In this document: positions 4,400 through 5,745 of the stretch, piece by piece
Layout of the letters: each line of letters starts with the position of its first letter
Position numbering within the stretch: position 1 is the first letter of the stretch
DNA from: PVC group bacterium
GTDB taxonomy: Bacteria; GCA-001730085; JADFSZ01
Direction: 5' to 3'
Length of the DNA: 5,745 bases
Assembly: GCA_022560555.1 (NCBI GenBank)
Contig: JADFSZ010000116.1
Span: forward strand, 1-5,745
Translations under genes and position numbers: made by a program
The notes under the pieces: model-generated
Seen by the model: the letters and a program-made list of their open reading frames with translations, nothing else
What the model was told of the DNA's origin: nothing
The model's database searches: none

Positions 4400-5500
4400 T
4401 CAGGTGCTGACACGAAATTCTGTGACATCCCCATCCTGCATAATATAGTCTTTACCTTCAATGCGCAGCAATCCGGCTTCTCGAGCTCCCTTCTTTCCCC
4501 CATACTTATCGATGGCTTCAAACGGAATAATTTCTGCTCGAATATATCCTTTTTCGAAATCCGTATGGATAACAGCAGCCGCTTTCGGACCCTTTGTCCC
4601 TTTATGGATGGTCCAAGCACGAACTTCCTGCTTACCGGATGTCAAAAAGGTCATTAAGCCCAGACTACTGTAACTGGTACGAATCAAACGATCCAATCCG
4701 GATTCTTTCAAACCAAGCTCTACGAGAAACTCTTTAGCATCAACCTTATCAAGCTGGGCGACTTCTTCTTCTATCAGCGCGCTAATCGGCACAACCAGAT
4801 CTCCGCTTTTTCCGGCCAATGTACGGACACCCTTCACATGGTCATTGTCCATATCCGGCAAATCGTCATCTCCCACATTAGCGGCATAAATGATATTTTT
4901 TGAAGTCAGAAAACGGTAATCACGAACAGCTATTTTGTCTTCATCACTAAGCTCAAGACTACGTGCGGATTTCTCCTGGCCAAGATGCTCTGAGACACGT
5001 GTTAAAACTTCGCATGTTTTCGCCACTTGTTTATCCCCACTCCTAGCTTTTTTAGACAATCGTTTTATCGCTCGATCACAATAGTCCAGATCAGCCAGGA
5101 TCAACTCCAGGTTAATCGTTTCAATATCTCTAACAGGATCAACGGCTCCGTCAACATGCACCACTTGATCATTATCAAAGCAGCGAACGACATGAACAAT
5201 GAGATCGACGTGATGAATATGTTCCAGAAACTGATTTCCTTTCCCCTCGCCCTTTGATGCACCCTTCACGAGACCGGCAATATCAACAAATTCGATCGTC
5301 GCATAAATCTTCTTATCCGGTTCTTCGATTTCGCACAAGCGATCGACTCGACTATCCGGGACTTTAACCACACCGACATTGGGATCAATTGTACAAAACG
5401 GATAGTTAGCTGCCTCAACACCGGCATTCGTTATCGCATTAAAAAGGGTTGATTTGCCAACATTCGGCAAGCCAACAAGACCACATGAAATTCCTGCCAT
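4400..5500 (-). CDS. ychF: Ribosome-binding ATPase YchF (Obg-like GTPase superfamily), 366 aa
   Basis: GGAG lies 8 nt upstream of the ATG at 5500. The G1/Walker A motif is GLVGLPNVGKSTLFNA, followed by NYPFCTIDPN and then DIAGLVKGASKGEGKGNQFL. The central helical insertion and the C-terminal TGS-like region (EVRAWTIHKGTKGPKAAAVIHTDFEKGYIRAEI) match the YchF/OLA1 family along the full length. Confidence 0.95.
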   Translation of the reverse strand: MAGISCGLVGLPNVGKSTLFNAITNAGVEAANYPFCTIDPNVGVVKVPDSRVDRLCEIEEPDKKIYATIEFVDIAGLVKGASKGEGKGNQFLEHIHHVDLIVHVVRCFDNDQVVHVDGAVDPVRDIETINLELILADLDYCDRAIKRLSKKARSGDKQVAKTCEVLTRVSEHLGQEKSARSLELSDEDKIAVRDYRFLTSKNIIYAANVGDDDLPDMDNDHVKGVRTLAGKSGDLVVPISALIEEEVAQLDKVDAKEFLVELGLKESGLDRLIRTSYSSLGLMTFLTSGKQEVRAWTIHKGTKGPKAAAVIHTDFEKGYIRAEIIPFEAIDKYGGKKGAREAGLLRIEGKDYIMQDGDVTEFRVST

Positions 5501-5745
5501 AGGATCATCTCCGCAAATGGTAGATATATTTATTATTTAGTATTCAAATAACGTCTTGTTAAGGCCACAAGAAAAAGGGGTGTCAATGTCAGGCTTTGTA
5601 TTATCCCCAGCCATATCATAGAATGAATATAGCGGATTTCGCCCCCTCGATCAATCAAAAACCTTAAATGAAGATTATTCTGTTTAAGCACAAGAAAGCT
5701 TCTTGGAAAGATTAATAAAACCTACATTGATGTCAGAGATTCAAA

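Noticed and set aside
4325-5257. Short ORFs overlapping ychF and the 104-aa gene (4325..4657 +, 4381..4620 -, 4461..4673 +, 5027..5257 +)
   Set aside because: All lie within or across the ychF frame, which is confidently identified, and none has recognisable features. They are alternative-frame artefacts.
5691-5705. The near-palindrome CAAGAA-AGC-TTCTTG upstream of ychF
   Set aside because: It is a 6-bp stem with a 3-nt loop and occurs only once. That is too short to separate from chance and too weak to call an operator or terminator.
1-5745. A search by eye for CRISPR repeats, tRNA/T-loop motifs (GGTTCGAAT-like), IS inverted repeats, integrase or transposase ORFs, and DGR-like template/variable repeat pairs
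   Set aside because: I found none. The only repetition seen is at protein level, namely the tandem domains in genes 2 and 3 and the shared N-terminal strand motif. A computational repeat search would be needed to exclude short dispersed nucleotide repeats.

Overview
This 5745-nt window has seven supportable protein genes in two blocks. I saw no rRNA, tRNA, CRISPR array, transposase, integrase or long nucleotide repeat. Block 1 (plus strand, 6-2342) looks like a three-gene operon. All three products begin with Sec/SPase-I-type signal peptides and appear all-beta. They are a small, very acidic, Thr/Ser-rich, Lys-free 166-aa protein, a 315-aa protein made of two tandem repeats of about 125 aa, and a 274-aa protein with two NEW3/CARDB/DUF11-like beta-sandwich modules. 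A strong GC hairpin follows gene 1, and genes 2 and 3 overlap by 32 nt. No enzyme, usher, sortase signal or membrane anchor is visible, and the operon may continue upstream of the window. Block 2 (minus strand, 5500 down to 2366) starts with a clear ychF (ribosome-binding ATPase). Twenty-four nt later come three short, markedly AT-rich genes: a 104-aa membrane protein, a 144-aa membrane protein and a 129-aa highly charged soluble protein, none of which I can assign to a family. A TSUP (TauE/SafE) family permease follows. The two candidates for an undescribed system are the secreted beta-sandwich operon and the AT-rich three-gene cassette between ychF and the permease. All functional ideas for these six non-housekeeping proteins are inference from sequence patterns read by eye, with no homology search or structure prediction run.
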